Shown here piece by piece: positions 9,161 through 19,794 of a DNA stretch of 64,000 nt; position 1 is the stretch's first letter; each line of letters starts with the position of its first letter. The notes under the pieces are model-generated. The model made no database searches and had not been told where the DNA came from. It saw nothing but the letters and a program-made list of their open reading frames with translations. Source of the stretch: Candidatus Bathyarchaeota archaeon (GTDB lineage: Archaea > Thermoproteota > Bathyarchaeia > Bathyarchaeales > Bathycorpusculaceae); the NCBI GenBank assembly GCA_963739305.1, contig CAVTZU010000020.1:1-64000 (forward strand), given 5' to 3'. The position numbers and the translations under genes were made by a program.

Positions 9161-10261
9161 ATGTTGCCCGAAAAAGTTGTAATCAGCTTTCATGAGAAAC
9201 TCACGAAATATGATCTGGGAGAAGGACATCCTTTCCGAGGAGACCGATTTGTAAACGTCATGAAGTTCCTGGAAACCCAACGTCTGTTTCAGTTGCCCCA
9301 GATAGCTCTCGTTGAGCCTCAACCAGCAACAAAGCAAGACCTACTCAGAGTACACGACGAAGGGTACGTTGATCGAATCTTTCAGCTTGCACAGGAAAAC
9401 AAGCCTTACGACATCGAAACGCCCGTTTCACCCGATATCCTTGAAGGAGCTCTGCTCATTTCTGGCAGTGCAATCGAGTGCGGCAAAAATGTCTTCGAAA
9501 ACAAAGCTCACCGAGCGGTCGCATTAGGCGGCGGTCACCACCATGCAGGAAGAAACTACGGAGGAGGATTCTGCATCTTCAACGACGTAGCCATATTAGT
9601 CGAATATTTGAGAGCCAACTTCCACGTCGACCGATTCTTGATTCTCGACCACGACGTTCATTTCGGAAACGGCACCAGCGACATTTACTACAAAGACCCA
9701 ACAGTCCTCTACATCTCGTTGCACCAGGACCCACGCACAATCTACCCTGGAACGGGGTTTACATGGCAGATTGGAGAAGGCAAAGGCGAAGGCTACAACG
9801 TCAGCATACCGCTGCCGCCGGGAACAAGCGATGACACCTACCTCCACGCCCTGAATGAAATCTTTGTTCCGCTGGCTGAAGAATTCAAACCTCAAATCAT
9901 AATTACGAACGGCGGAAGCGATCCGCACTTTGCAGACAGCCTCGGAAGCCTAGCCCTGACAACAAAGGGCTTCTTCGAGCTAGCTCGCACCATAAGACTA
10001 ACAGCCGGAAACGTGTGCAACGGACGAGTAATCACGATACCTGGAAGCGGATACAATCCAAAAGTCCTACCGCAATGCTGGTACGCACTGATCGCAGGGA
10101 TATCTGGACTAACGGAAATTAACGTCAGAGAACCCTACGATCCGCCGAAAGAACCGCCCAACTGCCGCAAAACAGTCGAAAACACACTTGACGAGCTGAA
10201 GAGACAGTTAAGGAAACACTGGGGTTGCTTCGGCGGATTCACGATTTCAGGCGTCCAGTAG
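9161..10261 (+). CDS. Histone deacetylase family protein (AcuC-like)
   Basis: GGHHHA, GGFCIFND, DVHFGNGT, SLHQ, GSDPH. Confidence 0.92.
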   Translation: MLPEKVVISFHEKLTKYDLGEGHPFRGDRFVNVMKFLETQRLFQLPQIALVEPQPATKQDLLRVHDEGYVDRIFQLAQENKPYDIETPVSPDILEGALLISGSAIECGKNVFENKAHRAVALGGGHHHAGRNYGGGFCIFNDVAILVEYLRANFHVDRFLILDHDVHFGNGTSDIYYKDPTVLYISLHQDPRTIYPGTGFTWQIGEGKGEGYNVSIPLPPGTSDDTYLHALNEIFVPLAEEFKPQIIITNGGSDPHFADSLGSLALTTKGFFELARTIRLTAGNVCNGRVITIPGSGYNPKVLPQCWYALIAGISGLTEINVREPYDPPKEPPNCRKTVENTLDELKRQLRKHWGCFGGFTISGVQ

Positions 10262-10410
10262 CAGACCGCATCAATGAATATAGGATACAGATTTCAAACC
10301 GACTTTTGAACCTATTCTGACCTTGTCGGTGTCTTGTAGTTGAACAGTTTCCCAGATACATTTATTAAGTCTCAAGATGCACGTTACGAAAAGCAATCAA
10401 CGGTGAAACC

Positions 10411-10851
10411 ATGACAAAAAGAAAACTATACGCCAAAAAAGGCGCGGCAAATTATGACACAAGACCAAAACCGAAAGTCGACAATGAACTCTTCAAAGCT
10501 TTCAAAACCGTAAGTGACCAAGAAGCCTTCCACTTCTACGAAGACATTGGAAAACCCACCGGCCTGAACGCCCGAAACATTCATGACTTCCTCGATAAAG
10601 TAAAAACTGTCAAGACCGAAAGCCTTCTCTTTCATCTTCAACGAAGAGACTTCCAAAACTGGGTTGAAAAAATCCTCGGCGACACAAAACTCGCCCGAGA
10701 AATCGGAAGAATCAACACGTCAAACGGCGACGACGTCAAAATGGTCATGACCGAAACCATACAAAACCGCATCAAAGAACTTCAAGTACCAGCCAGATCC
10801 ACAGGGCTTCTAGTTGCCGACAACTCAATGGTCCTCTTGCCCACTCAATGA
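10411..10851 (+). CDS. DUF5752-like protein
   Basis: AFHFYEDIGKPTG...SLLFHLQRRDFQNWVEKILGD. Confidence 0.7.
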   Translation: MTKRKLYAKKGAANYDTRPKPKVDNELFKAFKTVSDQEAFHFYEDIGKPTGLNARNIHDFLDKVKTVKTESLLFHLQRRDFQNWVEKILGDTKLAREIGRINTSNGDDVKMVMTETIQNRIKELQVPARSTGLLVADNSMVLLPTQ

Positions 10852-10980
10852 CCCTACCCTCTTTTCTATTTTAGAAACACGTACACCGTACACGTGTCCG
10901 TCACTGATTTAGGATCCATATGATTAATAAGTGTCATGAGTTTTACCAAAATTAAAAAGAAGAACAGAAGATGAGAAAAA

Positions 10981-12480
10981 ATGAGAAATCAACTTGTCAC
11001 GTTATTGCTAGTCATCATAGCTTCAGTCGGCTTCACCTTGCCGATCGCAAGAGCAGATACCTTGGTCAAAGATGATTTTCTGCAGAGTAGTTTCTCAAAA
11101 ACCGTCGACTTCATGGATTACGCCCGAGCCTACGCCACACTTAATGGTCTACAGCCCCCGTCAAGCAACACGCATGCCTACTTGTACATGAATTACATCA
11201 ACACAAGCGGGCTACAACTCTTCTACGCGGGACTCGACAACATAACCTACGGAGGAGGAACAGCCTACCGAATACCTATGCAATCCTTCATCATGCACTA
11301 TAAGACCAACAATCAATCCAGAGACGTGCTCTTAGGCTCAACCTTTCTCATGCTCCTGGCCTTCAACGAAACCGGCACATCAATCTACACAAACTCTCCC
11401 GACATCAATGACACGCTGTGGGCATCATTCAGCATGGGCTTCGATCTTACGGCCTTGAATGCAACGTTACCAGCACTCAGCAGCAAAACCGAGACAATCC
11501 CGCTTGCACACTCAGACGACAACCTCACCTGGACATGGGGCATGAAGTACACCAACCTAACCGCACTCTGGTGGCAAACGTGGATTGATCCGACAGAGCC
11601 ACACTTTGACAACAGCTGGCCCGTAGCCGTGACCGTCTACGACGAACTCAGCTTCACTTACACCTTGACGATAAGCCCAACCGACCACACAGCGACAATA
11701 ACGGAAAATCACACGATCGGCAGAATGCGCGACATGTTACTGCGCGTGTTGCCTCTCGTATGGGTACACTACAACAGCACAGGAACCTACTGGCTGGGCG
11801 CCAAGATCAGCAACGAGACTGTCTACGATTTCATCCAAAACAACCAAATCAAGATGAGCATCGTAGACTTCCAAACATCCATTCTGGCAGATCATGAAAC
11901 CTACAGCGCCACAGCAACAGGTCAAAACGTCACAGACACAGAAACCCCAGTTACCGACACCTCGATAAACACGTTCGCCGACGACGGCGAGAAAATCAGT
12001 AGCGCAGACTTCGCTGCAAAACAAACGTACAAACTCTTCAATTACACTGCCGACCCCACGGAACAAAGCTACACTGTCAACGAAGCAACAGCCCGAACTG
12101 CAAAAATAGAAGGCTTCGCGGGAAATGCAGGTCTCTTCACTTACCACATAGCCCTCCTAAAATTCTTGCCACTCGTCGTTGTCCACATGTTTCCAGGCCT
12201 CTACGCGAAGGCTGCCCAAACTATCGCAAACATGAGCCGAGCCAACTACTTCTACATCATAGGCTACGGAAACTATAGCGGTTATCGCATTGAACACGAC
12301 CCGATCCTAACCGTCTACCTCACAACCCAAGAGACCGGCGCAATCACGAGTCCGCTCAACGCAGGAGGCATAATCATTGTAGGCGTAGCAGCCGTCGCGA
12401 TAATAATAGCAGCGGCCGTCGTACTCAGACGCAGAAAACCAACCACAGACCAGCCACCTCCGCCCCCACCGCCAAGCTAA
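10981..12480 (+). CDS. Large secreted, C-terminally membrane-anchored protein
   Basis: Signal peptide, Thr/Asn-rich body with many NxS/T sites, C-terminal TM, RRRK and a poly-Pro tail. Confidence 0.8.
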   Translation: MRNQLVTLLLVIIASVGFTLPIARADTLVKDDFLQSSFSKTVDFMDYARAYATLNGLQPPSSNTHAYLYMNYINTSGLQLFYAGLDNITYGGGTAYRIPMQSFIMHYKTNNQSRDVLLGSTFLMLLAFNETGTSIYTNSPDINDTLWASFSMGFDLTALNATLPALSSKTETIPLAHSDDNLTWTWGMKYTNLTALWWQTWIDPTEPHFDNSWPVAVTVYDELSFTYTLTISPTDHTATITENHTIGRMRDMLLRVLPLVWVHYNSTGTYWLGAKISNETVYDFIQNNQIKMSIVDFQTSILADHETYSATATGQNVTDTETPVTDTSINTFADDGEKISSADFAAKQTYKLFNYTADPTEQSYTVNEATARTAKIEGFAGNAGLFTYHIALLKFLPLVVVHMFPGLYAKAAQTIANMSRANYFYIIGYGNYSGYRIEHDPILTVYLTTQETGAITSPLNAGGIIIVGVAAVAIIIAAAVVLRRRKPTTDQPPPPPPPS

Positions 12481-12757
12481 ACACCATCCTCACTTTTTTT
12501 GACAAAATCGTTCCAACACAGCCTAATTCTATCGCCTGCATCGTCGTCCACGTAGAATCAAGCCAAGATCACGACAAAGACTCTTTGCGCTGCCGTCTCT
12601 GCTGAAAACCTAGGGGAAAGGTCAACTCAACCATGTTGAGGAGCCTACGCCAACTACAATTGCAGCCAAACAAAAATGAAGCAACCAGATAGATTTTGAA
12701 TTCATAAATGATAAGACTCCTTGAAGAAAGAATATTGAAAGATTCTGGTGGGCAGAC

Positions 12758-13393
12758 TTGTCGCAGAAGCTACGCAAAATCATGGTTGAGAAAGTCGTTA
12801 CCATCGAACCAATGGCAACGATAAGACAAGCGGCAGAACTCATGAACCTTCACGAGATCGGCTGCGTACTTGTTGTGGATCACGAAAAACCAGTCGGCAT
12901 CCTAACAGAACGGGACATGCTCAAAAGAATAATATGCGAATCAAGATCACCTAACACGACAAAAGTCATCAGCATGATGACCAAACCGCTCGTCACCGCA
13001 TCTCCAGATATGCATGCAGGCGATGCCGCCAAACTCATGTTCGAACGCAACATAAAGAAGCTGCCCATCGTCGAAAATGGAAGACTTGTCGGCCTAGTCA
13101 CTCTGACGGATCTTCTCCGCTCACCAGGAGTCCTCGACTTCCTGAACAAGCTAGCGCTAGATGGAACTTCTAAACGCCTAAGAAATGCTGCAAACTTGTA
13201 TTATGATCCGGAAAGCTTGCATCGTCGAACGTGCCCCCTCAACATGAAAGAAGGCTTCTCGATGGGATGCCAAAACATCAAGTGCATGTGGTGGACCGGT
13301 GATGAATGCGCAGTCACCAAGATCTCTCGACAACTCCTCACAGAAGAACGTCTCGAAACAAGCGAGGCGCAATCAACCATCGTCGAGAACTAG
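12758..13393 (+). CDS. CBS-pair protein with Cys-rich C-terminal module
   Basis: VGILTERD and LVGLVTLTD CBS repeats; CP...GCQNIKCMWWTGDECA. Confidence 0.85.
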   Translation: MSQKLRKIMVEKVVTIEPMATIRQAAELMNLHEIGCVLVVDHEKPVGILTERDMLKRIICESRSPNTTKVISMMTKPLVTASPDMHAGDAAKLMFERNIKKLPIVENGRLVGLVTLTDLLRSPGVLDFLNKLALDGTSKRLRNAANLYYDPESLHRRTCPLNMKEGFSMGCQNIKCMWWTGDECAVTKISRQLLTEERLETSEAQSTIVEN

Positions 13394-13448
13394 TCTTGCC
13401 CGAGCATTTGAAAACAAAAAGAAGAGAATTCTAGAAGAATATTCTAGA

Positions 13449-14462
13449 TCACTGTTCTCCCACTGCAACCGCTGTGCGCGAGGTCGCCGAATAGAGAGCT
13501 ACGAAGGCACCGATCATAACCGAACTCATGATTAAGGTCACTCCTACGCTCATCAAAGGATCGCCCTTGATTATGATGAAGCCAGACAGCCAAGCTAAAG
13601 CTGATGTTACTGCGCCTAAACCACCTGCCACTTTGACGGCGCAAATAATCGTAATAGTAAGCCAAGAGAGAACGGCAACGGTGAGCACTAGTGACGTCGT
13701 TTGAGATGCAGCTGCAATGGTGTTGAATCCAAAGTGGAGGAACAACCCGCCGAGAAATCCAAGAGCAATCATCAACTGCTGACCAATTATCATTCGTTTG
13801 CCTGTTTTCAGCCAGCGCTTGGCCTTAATTTGCTTTTCCTTGTAGTATGGAGAACTGTGTTTGTGGACCCAACTCTCCACCAGCCTGTACCTCGTGGAGG
13901 AGGATGGAGCAAGCGTTACGGTCTGATCGGGAGCCTTGATATCCTCTGAAAGCCTGAGTCCTTTTTCCGCAAGAGCATAGTAATAGCTACCTCGGGCCTG
14001 AAACTCCAGAACGAACCCTTTCTTAACGAGCATCTTCAACAAATTCGCGGTGTGGGGAATCGACAACCCTGATCTCTCAGCAATCTCCTTTCTGTTCAGC
14101 GGCTTTCTTTCATCTGCCAAGGTCTCAATGGTCTTGGAAGTCGAAGACGAATTCGTTAAGCTTATTTCGGGATACTTCTTCTCAAATTCCTTGTGCGAAA
14201 GATGCTTCCCTCCGCTGTGACCTGAGTCCCCGTCGGTGAAGAGACGAATGAAACCAACCACTACCAGGAGAAAACCGACGCCGAGAACCACGGTACCCAG
14301 TACCGAGAACAGCCACATCTCCACAAAAACTTCAAAGGGAGAAACGTACCTTAGAAGGAGACCTATCATCACGACGACAATACCCAAGCCCAAAGAAACG
14401 TCGTTATCAAAGGTTCTCATCAAAGATTTCAAACTGTCACTCATCTTCATCCCCTTCAACAA
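13449..14462 (-). CDS. Membrane protein with central winged-HTH
   Basis: 2 N-terminal TMs, LNRKEIAERSGLSIPHTANLLKMLVKKGFV...YALAEKG, about 4 C-terminal TMs. Confidence 0.75.
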   Translation of the reverse strand: MLKGMKMSDSLKSLMRTFDNDVSLGLGIVVVMIGLLLRYVSPFEVFVEMWLFSVLGTVVLGVGFLLVVVGFIRLFTDGDSGHSGGKHLSHKEFEKKYPEISLTNSSSTSKTIETLADERKPLNRKEIAERSGLSIPHTANLLKMLVKKGFVLEFQARGSYYYALAEKGLRLSEDIKAPDQTVTLAPSSSTRYRLVESWVHKHSSPYYKEKQIKAKRWLKTGKRMIIGQQLMIALGFLGGLFLHFGFNTIAAASQTTSLVLTVAVLSWLTITIICAVKVAGGLGAVTSALAWLSGFIIIKGDPLMSVGVTLIMSSVMIGAFVALYSATSRTAVAVGEQ

Positions 14463-14780
14463 GTAAATGGAGCGCAGGTATATAGAATTCCTCTAGAATA
14501 TGACACAATTTACGATTGGAATATTGCGAATTTCGATATGTCTGAGACTATGAACAGCATATGTGCCGCTTGTTCCATCGCGGATGCTTTCTATGCCTTA
14601 CCGTAAACCGGAATCGAAGCGCCACTGATTACCTCAGATTTACTTCCAACAAAGAACAGAATCACGTTGGCTATGTCTTAGCGCCCGCTGTTTAACCCGC
14701 AATTTCGCTGAAGGCTCGCGAATATGAATCGTTATTCTAAGTTCACAATCGTTATTGGCTTCCGCGACTGATGAATATCG

Positions 14781-15249
14781 ATGATCTTGATCAAGAAGCA
14801 TCTGGCATGTTCACTTCTGGCGGTAGCAACAGTTTTGCTTCTCGTTCCCATGGTCAGAGCAACTGCTGAGAGTTTCACAGTTCGAGCTGGTCAAGAAGAG
14901 ACAAGAACTCTTAGCCTCGTTGTTGATGATCACGTTCAGATGAGGTTCACAGTGACCGGACAAGCCACAAACCTATTAGACTTCTACATCACCGACCCCC
15001 AAGGAAACGTTATGCAAAACCTTCGGCAACACGGGAAACCTGAACTATGCCTTCGTCTGCTCGCAAGAAGGCGAATACACACTTCATTTCTCCAACGTTG
15101 CTTCGGCGGAAGACAAACTCGTGAGCCTTGACTATGAAGTTCAGCATTACATTTTCGGCATGCAACAGAACCTCTTTCTGACTTTGATTGTAGTCGGTAT
15201 CTGCGTAGCCGCCGTAGCCGTCTTTATCCTGATGTCAAAACATCCATAG
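14781..15249 (+). CDS. emp24/p24 (GOLD-domain)-like membrane protein, frameshifted near 15016
   Basis: Signal peptide, LDFYITDPQGNV; the shifted frame continues ...QEGEYTLHFSN...KLVSLDYEV, TM helix, SKHP*. Confidence 0.7.
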
Positions 15250-15327
15250 CAAATTATGTCCCAGTAATCGAATTCTCATTTCCTGATAGGGAAAATACTG
15301 AAACAAAAAATGTGGTTCTCTGTGCCG

Positions 15328-15771
15328 TTAGAATTGAGTGAGTGTCGAGGGCAGGAGGTTGGGCACGAGCCCTACAAGCAAGATGCCCAGAATAATCAAC
15401 ATAACGATGAATACGATTAACGCTAGTATGGCTATCGCAAGGCCTCCGAGCCAGCCAGTCTTGAATATAGCCTTGTACACCCAAACCCAGGCAACGAAGG
15501 CTAGAACAAACGCGACGATATATCCAGCTGATCCCAGCAATCCTCCTAACAACAGATCCAGGGCTACTAGCATTATTATGTATACGATGGGACCGAGAAG
15601 CGTAGCCAGCATAGCTTCCCGAAACGTGGCTTTGCCCTTGGTAACGACTTTGCCTGCAATCCAGGCAGGGATTGAAACAATAATCCATGCAACAAACAGC
15701 GCAACTGCTATCTCCACTATTTCCAGAATCGTCACGTCGCTCGGAAACAGGGATGAAAATACTGAGATCAT
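15328..15771 (-). CDS. Hypothetical membrane protein
   Basis: 4 hydrophobic helices. Confidence 0.7.
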   Translation of the reverse strand: MISVFSSLFPSDVTILEIVEIAVALFVAWIIVSIPAWIAGKVVTKGKATFREAMLATLLGPIVYIIMLVALDLLLGGLLGSAGYIVAFVLAFVAWVWVYKAIFKTGWLGGLAIAILALIVFIVMLIILGILLVGLVPNLLPSTLTQF

Positions 15772-15848
15772 TTCCGATTGCCCATTAGAACGGTTGTACT
15801 ATAAAATTCTTGTGTTATCAATGATCAGTCAGATTTCATCGTTTCCGG

Positions 15849-16838
15849 TTAACGTTCGCTGGCCACGCGAAGAATTCGTCTCAAGAGATCCCGACCCTTG
15901 CTGTCATTCGAAATCATTTCCGACTTCGGCAAACGCTTCAACACCTCAACCCAGTTCCGGTCGGCTGAGAAGACTCTTCTAAAAATCGGAAGTGCTTCCG
16001 TTACTCGACCCTTCGTGGCCAAAGTCAAAGCACTCCAAAACGCTATTTCCACGTTGTCCCCAGCAAGCTTCATCGCCTGGCGATACTCCTTGATCGCCTT
16101 CCTGAAGTTGTTCTCCTCCATTGCAGTGTCTCCTGCGTTGGCATGCTCATATGAACGTGCTACGTTCAGCAGACGCCGTAGCTCCTTCAGAGGCTCTGGG
16201 TGATCATCAACCCTTAAGTCAACGATACGATCCGCCCACGGCTTGGCGGAGCCCTGCGCCTTTACCACGAGCATCGCAGCCGATTGCTTTCCTCGAATGT
16301 CTCCGCCAACCTCCTGCGCCGCTTCCAATGCAGTCATCATTCGATCCGCAAGCTGACCTTTGGCCTTCTCGAATGCCCGCGCCATCGCATTGGGCACCTT
16401 GTTGTTGAGCATGAGGTTTGCCTGCACACTGTAACCGTTTCCGGTCCTGTGTCCCGCATATTCCGTGCAACGTTTTCCAGTGTGGACCGCGACGCGCCCC
16501 ACAGCGTCTACCATAGCCACCTGACGCATGGCTTCCTTTGCATCTTCAGCGATCAATTTCTCGAGAGCTTCGTGCGCGGACTTCCCACCACGCATGAGGT
16601 TCAATCCCATCGGTCCATAAGATGGATCAGCAAATGCCTGTGTTGCGACTGCACCTACGCCGGCCTCGGCCCAACAGACGTCAGATCCAACGCTGAACCA
16701 ATGTGACTGGACAGCAACACCCATGATTCCCGTGGCTGGATCACGGGCTACGATTGAAAAAGTGTGTAAGGGTCGTCCACGCCATTCATTTTCCTCCCGT
16801 ATCGACATTTCGAGAAGAATCTTCTTCATACGCTTCAT
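15849..16838 (-). CDS. DUF1028 Ntn-hydrolase family protein with TPR-like C-terminus
   Basis: HTFSIVARD, GVGAVATQA, GGDIRGKQSAA, DLRVDDHPEP. Confidence 0.9.
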   Translation of the reverse strand: MKRMKKILLEMSIREENEWRGRPLHTFSIVARDPATGIMGVAVQSHWFSVGSDVCWAEAGVGAVATQAFADPSYGPMGLNLMRGGKSAHEALEKLIAEDAKEAMRQVAMVDAVGRVAVHTGKRCTEYAGHRTGNGYSVQANLMLNNKVPNAMARAFEKAKGQLADRMMTALEAAQEVGGDIRGKQSAAMLVVKAQGSAKPWADRIVDLRVDDHPEPLKELRRLLNVARSYEHANAGDTAMEENNFRKAIKEYRQAMKLAGDNVEIAFWSALTLATKGRVTEALPIFRRVFSADRNWVEVLKRLPKSEMISNDSKGRDLLRRILRVASER

Positions 16839-16996
16839 TCTCGGTTCCTTTCTTAAGGGTCAATCTCCTTTGACAAATTTGAATTCAAAGAATTTAAACC
16901 ATTGGTGTGCAGTTGCTTTTCGGCTCTTGATTTCTTCGGCGCTCGGGTTTCGACAACTTCATTAGATCGACCTCCAAACTAGAGTCTTGAGAGAGA

Positions 16997-19366
16997 ATGT
17001 CGGAAACAACGACTTTCCCGTTCTCTGCAATCGTTTCACTAGATGATCTCAAGCTAGCGCTCATTTTGAACGCGATCAACCCGAAAATCGGCGGAGTACT
17101 GATCAGGGGGTCGAAGGGGTCGGGAAAAACCACCGCTGTACGCGCATTGGCTGATGTCTTGCCCAATATCAAGACCGTAAAGGATTGCCCGTTCGGCTGT
17201 AATCCAGAAGATCCTTCGAACATGTGTGAGAACTGTCGAGCCGACTACCTCAAAAGCGGCTTTTTGCCTGTCCAAGAGAAGAAGATGAAGGTTGTGGACC
17301 TTCCGCTTGGCGCTACAGAAGACGCAGTTGTTGGAACCATCGACATCGAGAAGGCGATAAAATCAGGGTTACAGTCTTTCGAACCAGGAATACTGGCGCA
17401 AGCCAACCAAAACATCCTCTACATAGACGAAGTGAACTTGCTCCCTGACCACATAGCAGACGACCTGCTAGACGCAGCAGCCACAGGATGGAACACCGTC
17501 GAACGAGAAGGCATCTCGGTCAAACATCCCTCTCGTTTTATATTAGTTGGCACCATGAACCCGGAAGAAGGTCAAATCCGACCTCAACTCCTTGATCGAT
17601 TTGCACTTTCAGCAGAGGCGAAAAATGTCACCCAAGTAGCTGAACGTGTTGAGATCGTTAAAAGAAACATTGATTTTGAAGCTGATCCCGGAGCCTTTGT
17701 CAAGAAAAACAATGCAGCACAGAAGGAACTCAGCGCAAGAATCGTGCAAGCTAGAGAGAACCTGCCCAAAGTGGAAATATCCAATCAACTGATTGAAATC
17801 ATATGTGCACTGTGCCTCGAGTTGAAGGTTGATGGCATCCGCCCAGATATAGTCATAACCAAGACTGCCATGACCCTGGCTGCATTTGAAAACAAAAAGT
17901 CCGTGACACCTGAACACGTTGCAAAAGCAGCAGAGCTTGCGCTCAACCACAGGACCAGAGAAGGCGGCTTCCAGGAACCTGCCACTCCTCAAGAAATTGG
18001 GGATGTTCTGTCACAGAAGCTCAAGAACGCGGACTCTCAGGGACAACCAAGCACCAGCAGAACCAAGGAAAATGTCAAAGGTAAGGTTGACAGCGAAGAA
18101 CCTTTGAAGAAAGACAAATCGAAAGGACGATTTCTCTCGCCTTTCGGAGTCAGAAGTCGAAAAGGAGAGGAGAGAGAAACTGCAAAAGCCAAAACCTTCG
18201 AAGGAGAAACTTGGCCGGATCTGCGGATGCGAACAGGCGAAACCAAGAAGAGAGAGCTGATTATTGATACACCACCTGAAAAAGGAGGAAAACACGCCAC
18301 ATTCGCAGAAGAATCAAAGTTGCCCTTCGCCAACTTGACTGGTGGCATACGTTTCATGGACAGAATCAAAGAAAGCAAGTTTTTTCGACTCAAATTGTTT
18401 TCTAAAAACAAAAGGCCATCGAGGAAGACGGTAAGAACTGTCGGCAAAAGAGCCGAATCACTGACCTCGATCCGACGAGGACGCTCAGTGGACTGGAAAA
18501 CGCCAAAAGATACACCTAGAGATATCCATTTCCCAGCAACTATTAGATCTGCTGCAAGAAGACAACAAGGGAGAGAACACGAGTCCAGCATAGCTATCAA
18601 AATTCACCCCGAAGACATCAAAGAAAAGCTGCGCATTTACAGGGCGCCGATGACTATCGTGTTCGTTTTGGACCTAAGCGAATCGATGATAGAGGCCATT
18701 GACAGCATGAAAGAAGTCATGCTAAGATTGCACAATGACGCTTACCGCTACCGGGACAGAGTTGGGCTGGTGGCCTTCAAAGACACAGGAGCAATCGTCG
18801 CCCAACACCCTACAGGGAACCTGAGGCTCGTCGCCAGCAGACTACTCAAGCTGAGAATGAGCGGGCTCACGCCCTTAGCCGCTGGCATGCTAAAAGGGCT
18901 CGAAGTACTGAAAGAGGAAAAAAGGCGGAACAGCTCCACGATTCCGGTTCTCACGATAATCACTGACGGCGAAGCCAACGTACCCCTCAGACAAAATCCC
19001 AGAACGGGCGCAACGAGGCTTTTTGACCCTCTTCAAGCCGCGTTCTATCATTATGAAGAAGAAGCATGCGCAGACGCGATATCAATCGCAGAAATGATAA
19101 GCAAAGAAGAGATACAAACCGTTGTAATCAACACGGGGCCGAGACCAGCTTTGAAAACTGAATTGACTTTTCTGGATGAACCAACATTCACCGGTTCTTC
19201 CACGACAGATGTAATAGCATCCGTTACAAACGGCATCCACTACCAGTTACAAGCAAACTCTAAGAACCGAGAAAAAGCCGTGGCTGAAATCTCTAATGCT
19301 CTCCTCCAGACACAAGAGCAATTCTCCTTTCGCCATCGATTATCATTAAGAAGAAAAGCAAACTAG
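16997..19366 (+). CDS. Mg/Co-chelatase subunit D-like AAA+ ATPase with vWA domain
   Basis: [31 protein letters not shown]; vWA MIDAS DLSESM...TP...TDG. Confidence 0.88.
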   Translation: MSETTTFPFSAIVSLDDLKLALILNAINPKIGGVLIRGSKGSGKTTAVRALADVLPNIKTVKDCPFGCNPEDPSNMCENCRADYLKSGFLPVQEKKMKVVDLPLGATEDAVVGTIDIEKAIKSGLQSFEPGILAQANQNILYIDEVNLLPDHIADDLLDAAATGWNTVEREGISVKHPSRFILVGTMNPEEGQIRPQLLDRFALSAEAKNVTQVAERVEIVKRNIDFEADPGAFVKKNNAAQKELSARIVQARENLPKVEISNQLIEIICALCLELKVDGIRPDIVITKTAMTLAAFENKKSVTPEHVAKAAELALNHRTREGGFQEPATPQEIGDVLSQKLKNADSQGQPSTSRTKENVKGKVDSEEPLKKDKSKGRFLSPFGVRSRKGEERETAKAKTFEGETWPDLRMRTGETKKRELIIDTPPEKGGKHATFAEESKLPFANLTGGIRFMDRIKESKFFRLKLFSKNKRPSRKTVRTVGKRAESLTSIRRGRSVDWKTPKDTPRDIHFPATIRSAARRQQGREHESSIAIKIHPEDIKEKLRIYRAPMTIVFVLDLSESMIEAIDSMKEVMLRLHNDAYRYRDRVGLVAFKDTGAIVAQHPTGNLRLVASRLLKLRMSGLTPLAAGMLKGLEVLKEEKRRNSSTIPVLTIITDGEANVPLRQNPRTGATRLFDPLQAAFYHYEEEACADAISIAEMISKEEIQTVVINTGPRPALKTELTFLDEPTFTGSSTTDVIASVTNGIHYQLQANSKNREKAVAEISNALLQTQEQFSFRHRLSLRRKAN

Positions 19367-19371
19367 ACAAG

Positions 19372-19758
19372 GTGCATCTTACGCGAAATGTGATCACGTG
19401 TGCTGTTTGCGGCAGCGTCACCAAGAATTTTCTGTTCAGAGATAGAAAACTGGGCATCCACATATGTTCCAAGAAATGTGAACATGAGTACCTCAAAAAT
19501 CTGGCTTCAAACACCAAAGAGCACGCTGCCGTAGTTTATTACCTTGACGACAAAATCAAAGATTACAAGATGCGGAACAAAATAGGCTGGGCAATTTCCG
19601 GCGCAGGAGTCATCCTTTTGTTGGCAGCGTTCCTGTTACCCGATGTCAACCTCTTCTTCGCGGGAATCATAGTTGCGTTTATCAGTGGACTAGCAACAAG
19701 ACACTATGAAGACAAGATGAGAAAACTAACTATTCAGAGAAAAAGATTAGCAATATGA
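19372..19758 (+). CDS. Zn-finger + 2-TM hypothetical protein
   Basis: CAVC...CSKKC followed by two TM helices. Confidence 0.65.
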   Translation: MHLTRNVITCAVCGSVTKNFLFRDRKLGIHICSKKCEHEYLKNLASNTKEHAAVVYYLDDKIKDYKMRNKIGWAISGAGVILLLAAFLLPDVNLFFAGIIVAFISGLATRHYEDKMRKLTIQRKRLAI

Positions 19759-19794
19759 AATAGCAACGGGGACTTCAACCATCCGCTTTTCTGA

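Noticed and set aside
15338-15982. 214-aa plus-strand ORF (likewise 30852-31481, 37504-38148, 56546-57175)
   Set aside because: Antisense to well-supported genes
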